Assembly (NCBI GenBank): GCA_963780535.1
Contig: CAWACS010000027.1
Coordinates: forward strand, 451 to 64,450
Direction: 5' to 3'
DNA: 64,000 nt
Source: an uncultured Verrucomicrobiae bacterium
Lineage (GTDB): Bacteria > Verrucomicrobiota > Verrucomicrobiia > Limisphaerales > UBA11358
Below are positions 27,016-35,155 of this stretch, one piece after another. A program made the translations under genes and the position numbers. How positions within the stretch are numbered: the stretch's first letter is position 1; every line of letters begins with the position of its first letter. The notes below the pieces were generated by a model, which saw only the letters and a program-made list of their open reading frames with translations, did not search any database and was not told the DNA's origin.

Positions 27016-27699
27016 ATGATTATTGCGCCTTCGTTGCTGGCGGCCGACCATGCCCGTTTCGGCAAGGAAGTTGAACGCGCCAATCGTTCCGGCGCCGACT
27101 GGTTGCACCTCGACATCATGGATGGCCATTTTGTGCCGAACATTTCCTTTGGACCGGAGGTCGTCCGCGCGGTGCGGCCGCTGACCAAACTTTTCTTCGA
27201 CATCCATTTGATGTGTTCGCGCCCGGAAATTTTGCTGGAACCCTTTGCCGCCGCCGGAGCGGATGAAATCATTGTGCACGTGGAACTGGGCGAACAGGTC
27301 GCGCCGCTCATCTGGAAAATCAAATCCCTAGACAAAAAGGTCGGTCTGGCGGTCAATCCGGCCACCGCCCTCGCCGAAGTCCTGCCCTATCTCGACCAGA
27401 TTGATTTGCTGCTGGTGATGACGGTCAACCCCGGCTTTGGCGGTCAGTCATTTATCCATGAATGTCTGCCCAAAATCCAACAGGCCGACGCCTGGCGGCG
27501 AGAACGGAAATTGCCCTACCGCATCGGTGCGGATGGCGGCATCAACTTCCAAACCGCCGCCGAATGTGCGCGTGCCGGCGCCGACACGTTTGTGAGTGGA
27601 ACGACCCTGTTCCACGCGCACCGCCTGCGTACCGCGGTCAAAAAGCTGCGCCAGGTGGCCCAGGCCCATGATCCGGCGCTGGCGGATTTGAAACTGTGA
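27016..27699 (+). CDS. rpe: Ribulose-phosphate 3-epimerase
   Basis: IAPSLLAAD, HLDIMDGHFVPN, MTVNPGFGGQ and DGG. Confidence 0.96.
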   Translation: MIIAPSLLAADHARFGKEVERANRSGADWLHLDIMDGHFVPNISFGPEVVRAVRPLTKLFFDIHLMCSRPEILLEPFAAAGADEIIVHVELGEQVAPLIWKIKSLDKKVGLAVNPATALAEVLPYLDQIDLLLVMTVNPGFGGQSFIHECLPKIQQADAWRRERKLPYRIGADGGINFQTAAECARAGADTFVSGTTLFHAHRLRTAVKKLRQVAQAHDPALADLKL

Positions 27700-27709
27700 T
27701 GGGCAAGGT

Positions 27710-29140
27710 ATGAATATTAAATTCGGCACCGACGGCTGGCGCGCCGTCATCGCGGAGGATTTCACGTTTGTTAATGTCGCGCGGGTGGCGCAGGCGGCGG
27801 CGGATTATTGGAAGTTCGAAGTCCGAAGCCCGAAGTCCGAGGTCTTTGGACGCGACCTGAACATCGTCATCGGCTTCGACCGCAGATTTTTTTCGGACAG
27901 ATTTGCGCGCACCGCCGCCGAGATTCTAACCGGAAACGATTTTCGGGTGGTGCTCACACCGGAGCCGACGCCAACGCCGTCGGTTTCCTTTGCGGTCAAG
28001 GCGCAACGCGCCGTAGGCGGCGTGATGATCACCGCCAGTCACAACCCGCCGATTTTCAACGGCTTCAAGCTTAAATCATTCTACGGCGGCTCCAGCGACC
28101 CGGCCACCTGTCAGGCCGTCGAAAGTTTTGTGGACCGCCACCCGGTTCGGGCTTTGAAATTCGACGAGGCGCTGCGCACCGGACGAATTTCCATCCAGGA
28201 TGTCCGGCCGGCGCATTTCGCCGCGCTGAAACAGCTCGTGGATTTCAAGCTGATCGCGAAATCAAAATTACGTTTCGCCCATGATGCGCTGTTCGGGGTC
28301 GGCGCGGGATGTTTCGAGCGCTTGCTCGCGGGCACGACCTGCCAGGTGACCACTCTGAACGCCCAGCACGATGTGCTGTTTGGCGGCATCAATCCCGAAC
28401 CGATTGACAAAAATTACACGCGCAGCCGGAAATATCTCCATCAGCATCCCCATGATATTTGTCTGGTGACCGATGGCGATGCCGACCGTGTTGGCGGGAT
28501 GAACGGCCGGGGCAAGGTCCTCACGGCGCACCAGATCATTTGCCTGCTGTTGCATCATTTGGTCGCAAATCGAAAGGGCCGGGGAAGGGTGGTCAAGGCG
28601 CTCACCACCACTTCGATGGTGGACAAGATGTGTGCGGCTTACGGCCTGCCGCTGGTCGAAACCGGCGTTGGCTTCAAATATATCTGCGCCGAAATGCTCA
28701 AGGGCGATGTGCTGCTGGGCGCGGAGGAGAGCGGCGGCATCGGTTTTCCGGGACACATTCCCGAACGCGACGGCGTGGCCGCCGGTTTGATGTTGCTGGA
28801 ACTGCTGGCGACCGAGTGTCGGTCTGTGGACCGGATTCTGGCAAAGTTGGAGAGGCAGTTTGGCCCGCATCGATACGGAAGAATTGACACCCACTTTCCC
28901 CTCGAGAAACGCGGTGCGTTGATGCAATGGTTAAAGGAAAACCCGCCGACACGTTTGCTGGGTTCGCCACTGGCTGACATGAAAACGTTCGATGGTGTCA
29001 AGTTTGTGGCCGAGGATTCCTCGTGGCTGATGCTGCGCGGTTCCGGTACGGAACCGATTCTGCGAATTTACGCGGAAGCCAAATCGGAGGCCAAGGCTGG
29101 GAAACTGCTGGAAACGGGGTTGAAGCTGACGCGGTTCTAA
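27710..29140 (+). CDS. Phosphoglucomutase/phosphomannomutase family protein
   Basis: FGTDGWR, TASHNP, DGDADR, EESGG and SGTEP..RIYAE. Confidence 0.94.
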   Translation: MNIKFGTDGWRAVIAEDFTFVNVARVAQAAADYWKFEVRSPKSEVFGRDLNIVIGFDRRFFSDRFARTAAEILTGNDFRVVLTPEPTPTPSVSFAVKAQRAVGGVMITASHNPPIFNGFKLKSFYGGSSDPATCQAVESFVDRHPVRALKFDEALRTGRISIQDVRPAHFAALKQLVDFKLIAKSKLRFAHDALFGVGAGCFERLLAGTTCQVTTLNAQHDVLFGGINPEPIDKNYTRSRKYLHQHPHDICLVTDGDADRVGGMNGRGKVLTAHQIICLLLHHLVANRKGRGRVVKALTTTSMVDKMCAAYGLPLVETGVGFKYICAEMLKGDVLLGAEESGGIGFPGHIPERDGVAAGLMLLELLATECRSVDRILAKLERQFGPHRYGRIDTHFPLEKRGALMQWLKENPPTRLLGSPLADMKTFDGVKFVAEDSSWLMLRGSGTEPILRIYAEAKSEAKAGKLLETGLKLTRF

Positions 29141-29199
29141 CAAATGAACCGTGCCGGGCGCGAATCCCGACATTTCGGCTCAATTTCCCGGGGTTGTGA

Positions 29200-29832
29200 T
29201 CAGTGAAGGACCAGCCGGTAATACCGCGTTGAGAATTGTCCCGCCTCCTGATCTGAAAATTGGGTCCAGGCGTTTGAAGTCGCCAGATCGGTGTGCCCGA
29301 TGGTTGCCCAGGCCTGCATGTTTGTCGAGGCTTGAACTTCGTACCAATGGCCGGGAGCCACTGGAAATTCCATCCCCATGGAACCAATATTCATGGTCCT
29401 GAGGAATCTGAGAAAACCCGGCGTGAGATATGAAACATCACTGGAGAGGGCACTCTCAACTCCAGAGGCGTTGTAAGCTGTGACCGCAAAGTGGTAAGTC
29501 CGCCCCTCCTGCAGACCTGAAACCGAAGCGGTTGTGCTGTTTCCCATATCAATCTTGTTGGTGTAAATCCCTTGTTCCGGGCCGTAGTAAAGGAAATAGC
29601 CGGCGGCCACCAGACTCTTCGAAGGATTCCATGCCAGACGCACGTCTTGGGCGCCGTGAGCGTTGTTAAAATAGAAAACCAGAGCGAGCAAAAGTATGAT
29701 CCATCTCCCACCTCGTTCTGTAGAAGTACAACTTTTACGACTTTCTTTCCCCAAAAACATGTTACGACTTTGTTTCAAAAACCAATCGGACCTCCATTTA
29801 GCAAAATGATTGCCAACGCCGTTTTGCTTCAT
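29200..29832 (-). CDS. Secreted fibronectin type III domain protein (start uncertain)
   Basis: Signal-like helix, then LAWNPS..GYFLYYG..GL..G.TYHFAVTAYN..G.ES; C-terminal YEVQASTN..W..RYYRL tail. Confidence 0.75.
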   Translation of the reverse strand: MKQNGVGNHFAKWRSDWFLKQSRNMFLGKESRKSCTSTERGGRWIILLLALVFYFNNAHGAQDVRLAWNPSKSLVAAGYFLYYGPEQGIYTNKIDMGNSTTASVSGLQEGRTYHFAVTAYNASGVESALSSDVSYLTPGFLRFLRTMNIGSMGMEFPVAPGHWYEVQASTNMQAWATIGHTDLATSNAWTQFSDQEAGQFSTRYYRLVLH

Positions 29833-30134
29833 AAACCCTTGCCGAACGAAGGTTAAAGTCGTTGGAGTGCCTTAAAAGCGAACTGTGCTTTTCTCTTTAA
29901 GACACCGATTCTCTCTTTGAGACAGTGGTCGTGACAACGCCCGCGCGGGTTGCGTCTGGTTCTTTTCCGCCTTCATTTTTACCCGACAATCAGGATCATT
30001 CCGGGGTCTCCAGTGCGGCTGTTAGAAGGGGCGAAACCGCGCAACCTGAATGCCAAGCCGTGAATTGTGGCAAAACCGACGTTTTAAAGGGAAATTCCAA
30101 GTTTGGCTGGCACTGGTGATGCTGCCAAAACGGC

Positions 30135-30290
30135 ATGAATAAAACGTGGCTGCACTTGATTGCAGTGAACTTGCTGCTCGTGGGTATTCTTGCCAAATTG
30201 CGCGCCGCAATGAAGACCCATATCCCGCTGGGATATCAGGATGAATCGGGATTTCATTTTGGCGTTCAGCAATCTCACGAAGATCGCTGA
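30135..30290 (+). CDS. Small 51-aa membrane protein (below the ORF-track cutoff)
   Basis: MNKTWLHLIAVNLLLVGILAKLRAAMKTHIPLGYQDESGFHFGVQQSHEDR: a transmembrane helix followed by a PxGYQDESGFHFG motif. Confidence 0.6.
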   Translation: MNKTWLHLIAVNLLLVGILAKLRAAMKTHIPLGYQDESGFHFGVQQSHEDR

Positions 30291-30738
30291 CCACCAGATT
30301 TTCCTCGCGGTCATCAGAAGCCGAAATGTCCACCGGCCCGGGATGGGGAGTCAACAACGGCGCTTCCGGCTTGGGAGCTAAATTCCTTCTGGGCGCATCC
30401 GCAAATTCCAGATTCCGCCGCGAAGAAAACTGTACCGGCTCCCGGGCAAATTGTCCTTGTAACCTCAAGGGTAACTTTATATGCATAACCCGTTGACAAC
30501 GTCCGATGGTCGGGATTGAGAGGCGCCGCAAGGTAATCCGAGCGCTCACCGGATTGGTCATTGTTTCGTGGACTACAGTCAACGGTCCGTCTATGGGCGA
30601 GTCCGTTTTTTACACGATATTTGGCGTTGCCGGGCGGTGGGTGCTGATGAACGTGCGCAAGACAGGTGGCGGGGCTTTAGGTTTAAACATGAACGACGGT
30701 GGCGGCATGGTTGGCGAAAACTTTTCTCTTGAAGGAAC

Positions 30739-31428
30739 ATGAAAGATTCCAGTCCGGCCCGGCAGAAAAAAAGCATCCGCATTCTTCTGGTTGAAGATCA
30801 TCCCCTGGTGCGGGAGTCGCTGAAGCGGATCATTCTGCAGCAGCCGGACCTTGACGTATGCGGCGAAACCGACAACGGCAGTCAGGCCTTGGAGTTGGTG
30901 GCCGAAACCAAGCCGCATCTGGTGATTCTGGATCTTACCTTGAAGGATTCGCATGGATTGGAGCTCATCAAAAATCTCAATGACAGTTACCCTAAGGTCC
31001 TGAGTCTGGTGTTTTCGATGCATGAGGAGATTCTGCATGCCGAGCGGGCGATTCGGGCGGGGGCACGCGGATATGTGGCCAAGGAAGAAACGCCGGCCAA
31101 AATATTGCACGCCATTCGCAAGGTGTTGGGCGGGGAAATTTACTGGAGCGAAAAGGCCGCCAGTTGGGTTGCGTCTCAAATAGCCTCCCGTCCGCGTCCG
31201 TCCTCCAATTTTTCAGTGGATCTCCTGACGGATCGGGAATTGCAGGTGTTTGAATTGATGGGCGGCGGGTTGAACACCCGGCGGATCGCATCAATGCTGC
31301 ACATTGACATGAGCACGGTGGAAACCTACCGGGCCAGGATCAAAGAGAAGTTAAATTTAAAAAGTTCCTCGGAATTGCTTCAGTACGCCATTCGTTTTCA
31401 GATGCTGCCCAAAAACAAGACCCAATAG
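30739..31428 (+). CDS. NarL/LuxR family response regulator
   Basis: Receiver (VEDHPLVR, LD) plus LuxR HTH LTDRELQVF...TVETYRARIKEKL. Confidence 0.93.
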   Translation: MKDSSPARQKKSIRILLVEDHPLVRESLKRIILQQPDLDVCGETDNGSQALELVAETKPHLVILDLTLKDSHGLELIKNLNDSYPKVLSLVFSMHEEILHAERAIRAGARGYVAKEETPAKILHAIRKVLGGEIYWSEKAASWVASQIASRPRPSSNFSVDLLTDRELQVFELMGGGLNTRRIASMLHIDMSTVETYRARIKEKLNLKSSSELLQYAIRFQMLPKNKTQ

Positions 31429-31787
31429 ACACCGGCTCAAGCTGCCCGTTTGGCGGGGAAAACCTCAAAATGAAGGCCGGATAGTATGTGGCAAAATCCG
31501 CTACAGTATAATAATACATTGCCCCACACGATAATAGTGCTACCCGCTGTGGATAAACCCGTTCCAATGTGATTAACTGGTGTTGGTTGAGATTCTAACA
31601 AACACGTTATCAGATGGAGGGGCTGTACAAGACTGATCGAGTTCAAAACCGCAGCATTTGCCGGGGCGGCAACCCTGTATTGCAGTCTGATTCAGACAGT
31701 GGCGGGGCGGCTGGCGTTGGTTCGGGTCACTTTTGTTTTTCCACACCAGAATCCGGGAAAAGACGCCAACACGGGGAAAGTTGATTG

Positions 31788-32384
31788 ATGTTGTTGAATC
31801 CCACATTTCAAGCCGAGTCTCTGGCCTGGTATTGCGCGCGAACCAAGCCGAAGCACGAGCACATTGCCGCGGCAAATTTGCGCAAGCATCTCAACCTGGA
31901 AGTTTTTCATCCGCGTTTGCGCATGGAACGGGCGACCCGACGCGGCGTCGTCCGGGTCAGTGAGCCCTTGTTTCCGTGTTACATTTTCATCCGTTGTGTC
32001 ATCGAACAAAGACTGAATGAAATTCAGCACACCAACGGAATCGGCGCGGTGGTGCATTTTGCCCGCCGGATTCCGACGATCGCGGATTCGGTCATTGAGG
32101 AATTGAAGGAATGTTTTGCCGGGGAAGAAACCATCACGGTGGAAGACCGCATCGCGCCTGGCGACGAGGTCGTGCTGGCCGATGGCGCCTTTGCGGGAAT
32201 GCGTGCCTTTGTTTTGCGCGTCATGCCGGCCAGAAGGCGCATTCAAGTATTGCTGGATGTTTTGGGGCGGCCGACTCCCGCCGAGATTGATGAAAGCTCG
32301 GTGGTATTGGAGCGCAATGCCGTGGCGGATTTGGTGCCAATTTTGGCCGCAACCCGGGTGGGAGATTTTGCGGTTTCAGGTTGA
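31788..32384 (+). CDS. NusG-paralogue antiterminator (RfaH/UpxY-like)
   Basis: WYCARTKPKHE, EPLFPCYIF and KOW G.EV....GAFAG; first gene of the polysaccharide operon. Confidence 0.88.
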   Translation: MLLNPTFQAESLAWYCARTKPKHEHIAAANLRKHLNLEVFHPRLRMERATRRGVVRVSEPLFPCYIFIRCVIEQRLNEIQHTNGIGAVVHFARRIPTIADSVIEELKECFAGEETITVEDRIAPGDEVVLADGAFAGMRAFVLRVMPARRRIQVLLDVLGRPTPAEIDESSVVLERNAVADLVPILAATRVGDFAVSG

Positions 32385-32625
32385 AGTCGGAACACATATT
32401 AAGGGGTACTCCGGTTATGCGGTTCGGAGCGGGGAAATTCAGGTTGGCGAAAAGCATGTTTCGCCAACAAGTGCGGAGCTTTGCATCAAAGCAGATGAGA
32501 CGGGATAAAATGATTATTGCGCCTTTAGAAAAGCAAATTTTGAATGGGAATTTAAATTGCTCAACTTTTTCCTCTGCCATTCACCATTGTCTTCAAAATA
32601 CTCCTCAATGCGCCGGTTTGTACTC

Positions 32626-33456
32626 ATGAATTCTCCAAAGGACAATTCCATGCCGCGGGAGGCTTTCTCGGCCCGGCCCGGCCCGGTTTTACGCTGGAAG
32701 CGAATATTGGACATTTCGGTTGTTCTCCTGGCTTTGCCGTTGCTGCTGCCGTTGATGATGGTGGTCGCGGTGCTGATTCGTGTTGTTTCTGCCGGCCCGG
32801 TGTTGTTCAAACAGGAGCGAATTGGTTATCTGGGGCGGCGGTTCATGTGCTTCAAGTTCAGGACCATGTTTGTGGGTGTGGATGTGTCCGCCCATCAGGG
32901 ACATTTGTCTCATTTGATGGATTCGAATACGCCGATGACCAAGATGGATTCCCAAGGTGATCCGCGCATTATTCCCCTCGGCTTGCTGCTCCGCTCGTCC
33001 GGTTTGGATGAACTGCCGCAACTCATCAACGTCCTGCGGGGCGAAATGAGTCTCGTAGGACCGCGTCCCTGTCTGCCTTACGAATACGACCGGTATCTTC
33101 CCTGGCAGAAAGAAAGGTTTGCCTCGGTACCCGGACTGACCGGACTGTGGCAGGTCAGCGGCAAGAACCGGACGACGTTCGTTGAGATGGTTCAACTGGA
33201 CATAAAATATGCGCGCGAAAAGAGTCTCTGGTTTGATTTAAATATATTGATGCGAACCATTCCAGCCCTGGTGACTCAAGTGTGGGAGGCGCGCCGTCCC
33301 AAGAAAATGCTTTCAGGTGCTGTCCGCTTGGAAACGGTTCCTTCCAAGAGTCATCCAATATCGCCGTATTCCTTGCGCAAACCGGCTTTTGCGGAAGTGG
33401 TGCGGGCGGAACGGCAGGGGCATTTGAATATCGAAGGAAACAAACCAACGCTGTAA
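32626..33456 (+). CDS. Priming sugar transferase (phosphoglycosyl transferase); start uncertain, frame open from 32557
   Basis: KRILD, FKQERIG..F..FKFRTM, DELPQLINVLRGEMSLVGPRP and PGLTGLWQVSG. Confidence 0.92.
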   Translation: MNSPKDNSMPREAFSARPGPVLRWKRILDISVVLLALPLLLPLMMVVAVLIRVVSAGPVLFKQERIGYLGRRFMCFKFRTMFVGVDVSAHQGHLSHLMDSNTPMTKMDSQGDPRIIPLGLLLRSSGLDELPQLINVLRGEMSLVGPRPCLPYEYDRYLPWQKERFASVPGLTGLWQVSGKNRTTFVEMVQLDIKYAREKSLWFDLNILMRTIPALVTQVWEARRPKKMLSGAVRLETVPSKSHPISPYSLRKPAFAEVVRAERQGHLNIEGNKPTL

Positions 33457-33457
33457 T

Positions 33458-34621
33458 ATGACGAAACAAATAAAAGTGGGAGTGGTGGGGTGCGGGTATT
33501 GGGGTCCTAATCTGGTGCGCAATTTTAGATCCCTGCCTGATTGCAATCTTAAGGTGATGTGCGACATCAGCGAACAACGCCTGGCACATCTCAAATCCTT
33601 GTATCCGGAGGTGGACGGGGAGACGGATTACGCTCACATGCTGAATGGCGTCGGGCTTGACGCCGTGATCATTGCCACGGCGGTCAAATCGCATTACACG
33701 ATGGCCAAGGCCAGCCTGTTATCCGGCAAGCACACCTTCATCGAAAAGCCGATGGCGGCCTCGTCTGAGCAGTGCCAGGAACTGATCGAGATTGCCCGAA
33801 AAAAGGGACTGGTGTTAATGACGGGGCATACCTTCCTGTATTCGCCGGCCGTCCGGAAGATCAAGGAAATAGTGCAATGCGGGGACATCGGGGAGATTCG
33901 CTATATTTGCGCGCGCCGGTTGAATCTGGGACTTTTCCAAAAGGACATCAATGTGGCCTGGGATCTGGCGCCGCATGATATTTCCATTATTCTGCACATC
34001 ATGGGAGAGCGTCCCACGGTGGTGAATTGCCAGGGCAGCGCGCATATTACCCCCGGCGTGGAGGACGTGACCACCATGTGGCTCAATTTTCCCAGAGAGC
34101 GATCGGCCATCATTCATAGCAGTTGGCTGGATCCCAGAAAAATCCGGGAAATGACCATTGTTGGCAGCAAGCGAATGATTGTTTATGACGACGTTTCGCC
34201 GCTGGAGAAAATCCGGATTTTCGATACCCGGGTCGAGCGGCCGCCCCACTACGACACCTTTGCCGAGTTTCACTATGCGTATCACTATGGCGACGTTTAC
34301 ATTCCTTACATCAAGCAGGAAGAGCCGTTAAAAAATGAATGCCAGCATTTCCTGGATTGCATCCGGCACGGAACACGATCCTTGACCGGTGGTGAGGACG
34401 GCTTGGAATTGGTTCGCATATTGGAGGCATCCACTGAATCCCTGAAAAAAGGTGGTGCGCCCGTCAGTTTATCGGCTGAACACAATGGACAAAACGGCGC
34501 CCCGTCGGTTCCCGAATCTTCGCTTCGCCTGTCAATACTGACCTACGACAAGGCCGCCAAAAGCCTTCCCCGTCGGGCAGGCCGCAAACCTCAGGTAAAA
34601 CTCCGGGCACGCGGGAGATAG
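33458..34621 (+). CDS. Gfo/Idh/MocA oxidoreductase (nucleotide-sugar dehydrogenase-like)
   Basis: GCGYWG, EKP and WDLAPHD motifs. Confidence 0.88.
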   Translation: MTKQIKVGVVGCGYWGPNLVRNFRSLPDCNLKVMCDISEQRLAHLKSLYPEVDGETDYAHMLNGVGLDAVIIATAVKSHYTMAKASLLSGKHTFIEKPMAASSEQCQELIEIARKKGLVLMTGHTFLYSPAVRKIKEIVQCGDIGEIRYICARRLNLGLFQKDINVAWDLAPHDISIILHIMGERPTVVNCQGSAHITPGVEDVTTMWLNFPRERSAIIHSSWLDPRKIREMTIVGSKRMIVYDDVSPLEKIRIFDTRVERPPHYDTFAEFHYAYHYGDVYIPYIKQEEPLKNECQHFLDCIRHGTRSLTGGEDGLELVRILEASTESLKKGGAPVSLSAEHNGQNGAPSVPESSLRLSILTYDKAAKSLPRRAGRKPQVKLRARGR

Positions 34622-34630
34622 GTCATCGAG

Positions 34631-35128
34631 GTGAGTTCTTCGCCGCATCTGTTTCAGCGGGTGGCTCCGAACGTGAAATTGGGCAGAAATGTCCGGCTTC
34701 ACGATTTCATCAATCTTTACGGGTGCGAGATCGGGGATGACGTAAAGATTGGAACGTTCGTGGAGATCCAGAAGGGGGTTAAGGTTGGAAACCGCTGTAA
34801 AATCTCCAGTCACAGCTTCATTTGCGAGGGGGTTACTCTGGAAGAGGGGGTATTCATCGGCCATGGCGTTACTTTTACCAATGATCGTTTCCCGCGGGCG
34901 ACCAATCCCGATGGCCAGTTGCAAACGGAGGCCGACTGGAAATGTGTCGGAACGCTGGTCAAACGAGGGGCTTCCATCGGTTCGGGCGCCACGCTGCTTT
35001 GCGGGATTACGATTGGTGAAAACGCCATGATTGGCGCGGGCAGCGTGGTTACGAAGGATGTTCCGGCCGGCGCCACGGTGGCGGGCAATCCCGCCAGGAT
35101 CATGCGATCAATTTCATTGGAAAAGTAA
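34631..35128 (+). CDS. Hexapeptide-repeat N-acetyltransferase (WbpD/WlbB-like)
   Basis: Left-handed beta-helix repeats, FTNDRFPRA and GAGSVVTKDVP..VAGNPAR. Confidence 0.88.
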   Translation: MSSSPHLFQRVAPNVKLGRNVRLHDFINLYGCEIGDDVKIGTFVEIQKGVKVGNRCKISSHSFICEGVTLEEGVFIGHGVTFTNDRFPRATNPDGQLQTEADWKCVGTLVKRGASIGSGATLLCGITIGENAMIGAGSVVTKDVPAGATVAGNPARIMRSISLEK

Positions 35129-35155
35129 TCCCGATGTCGGACAATTTGTTTTGAA

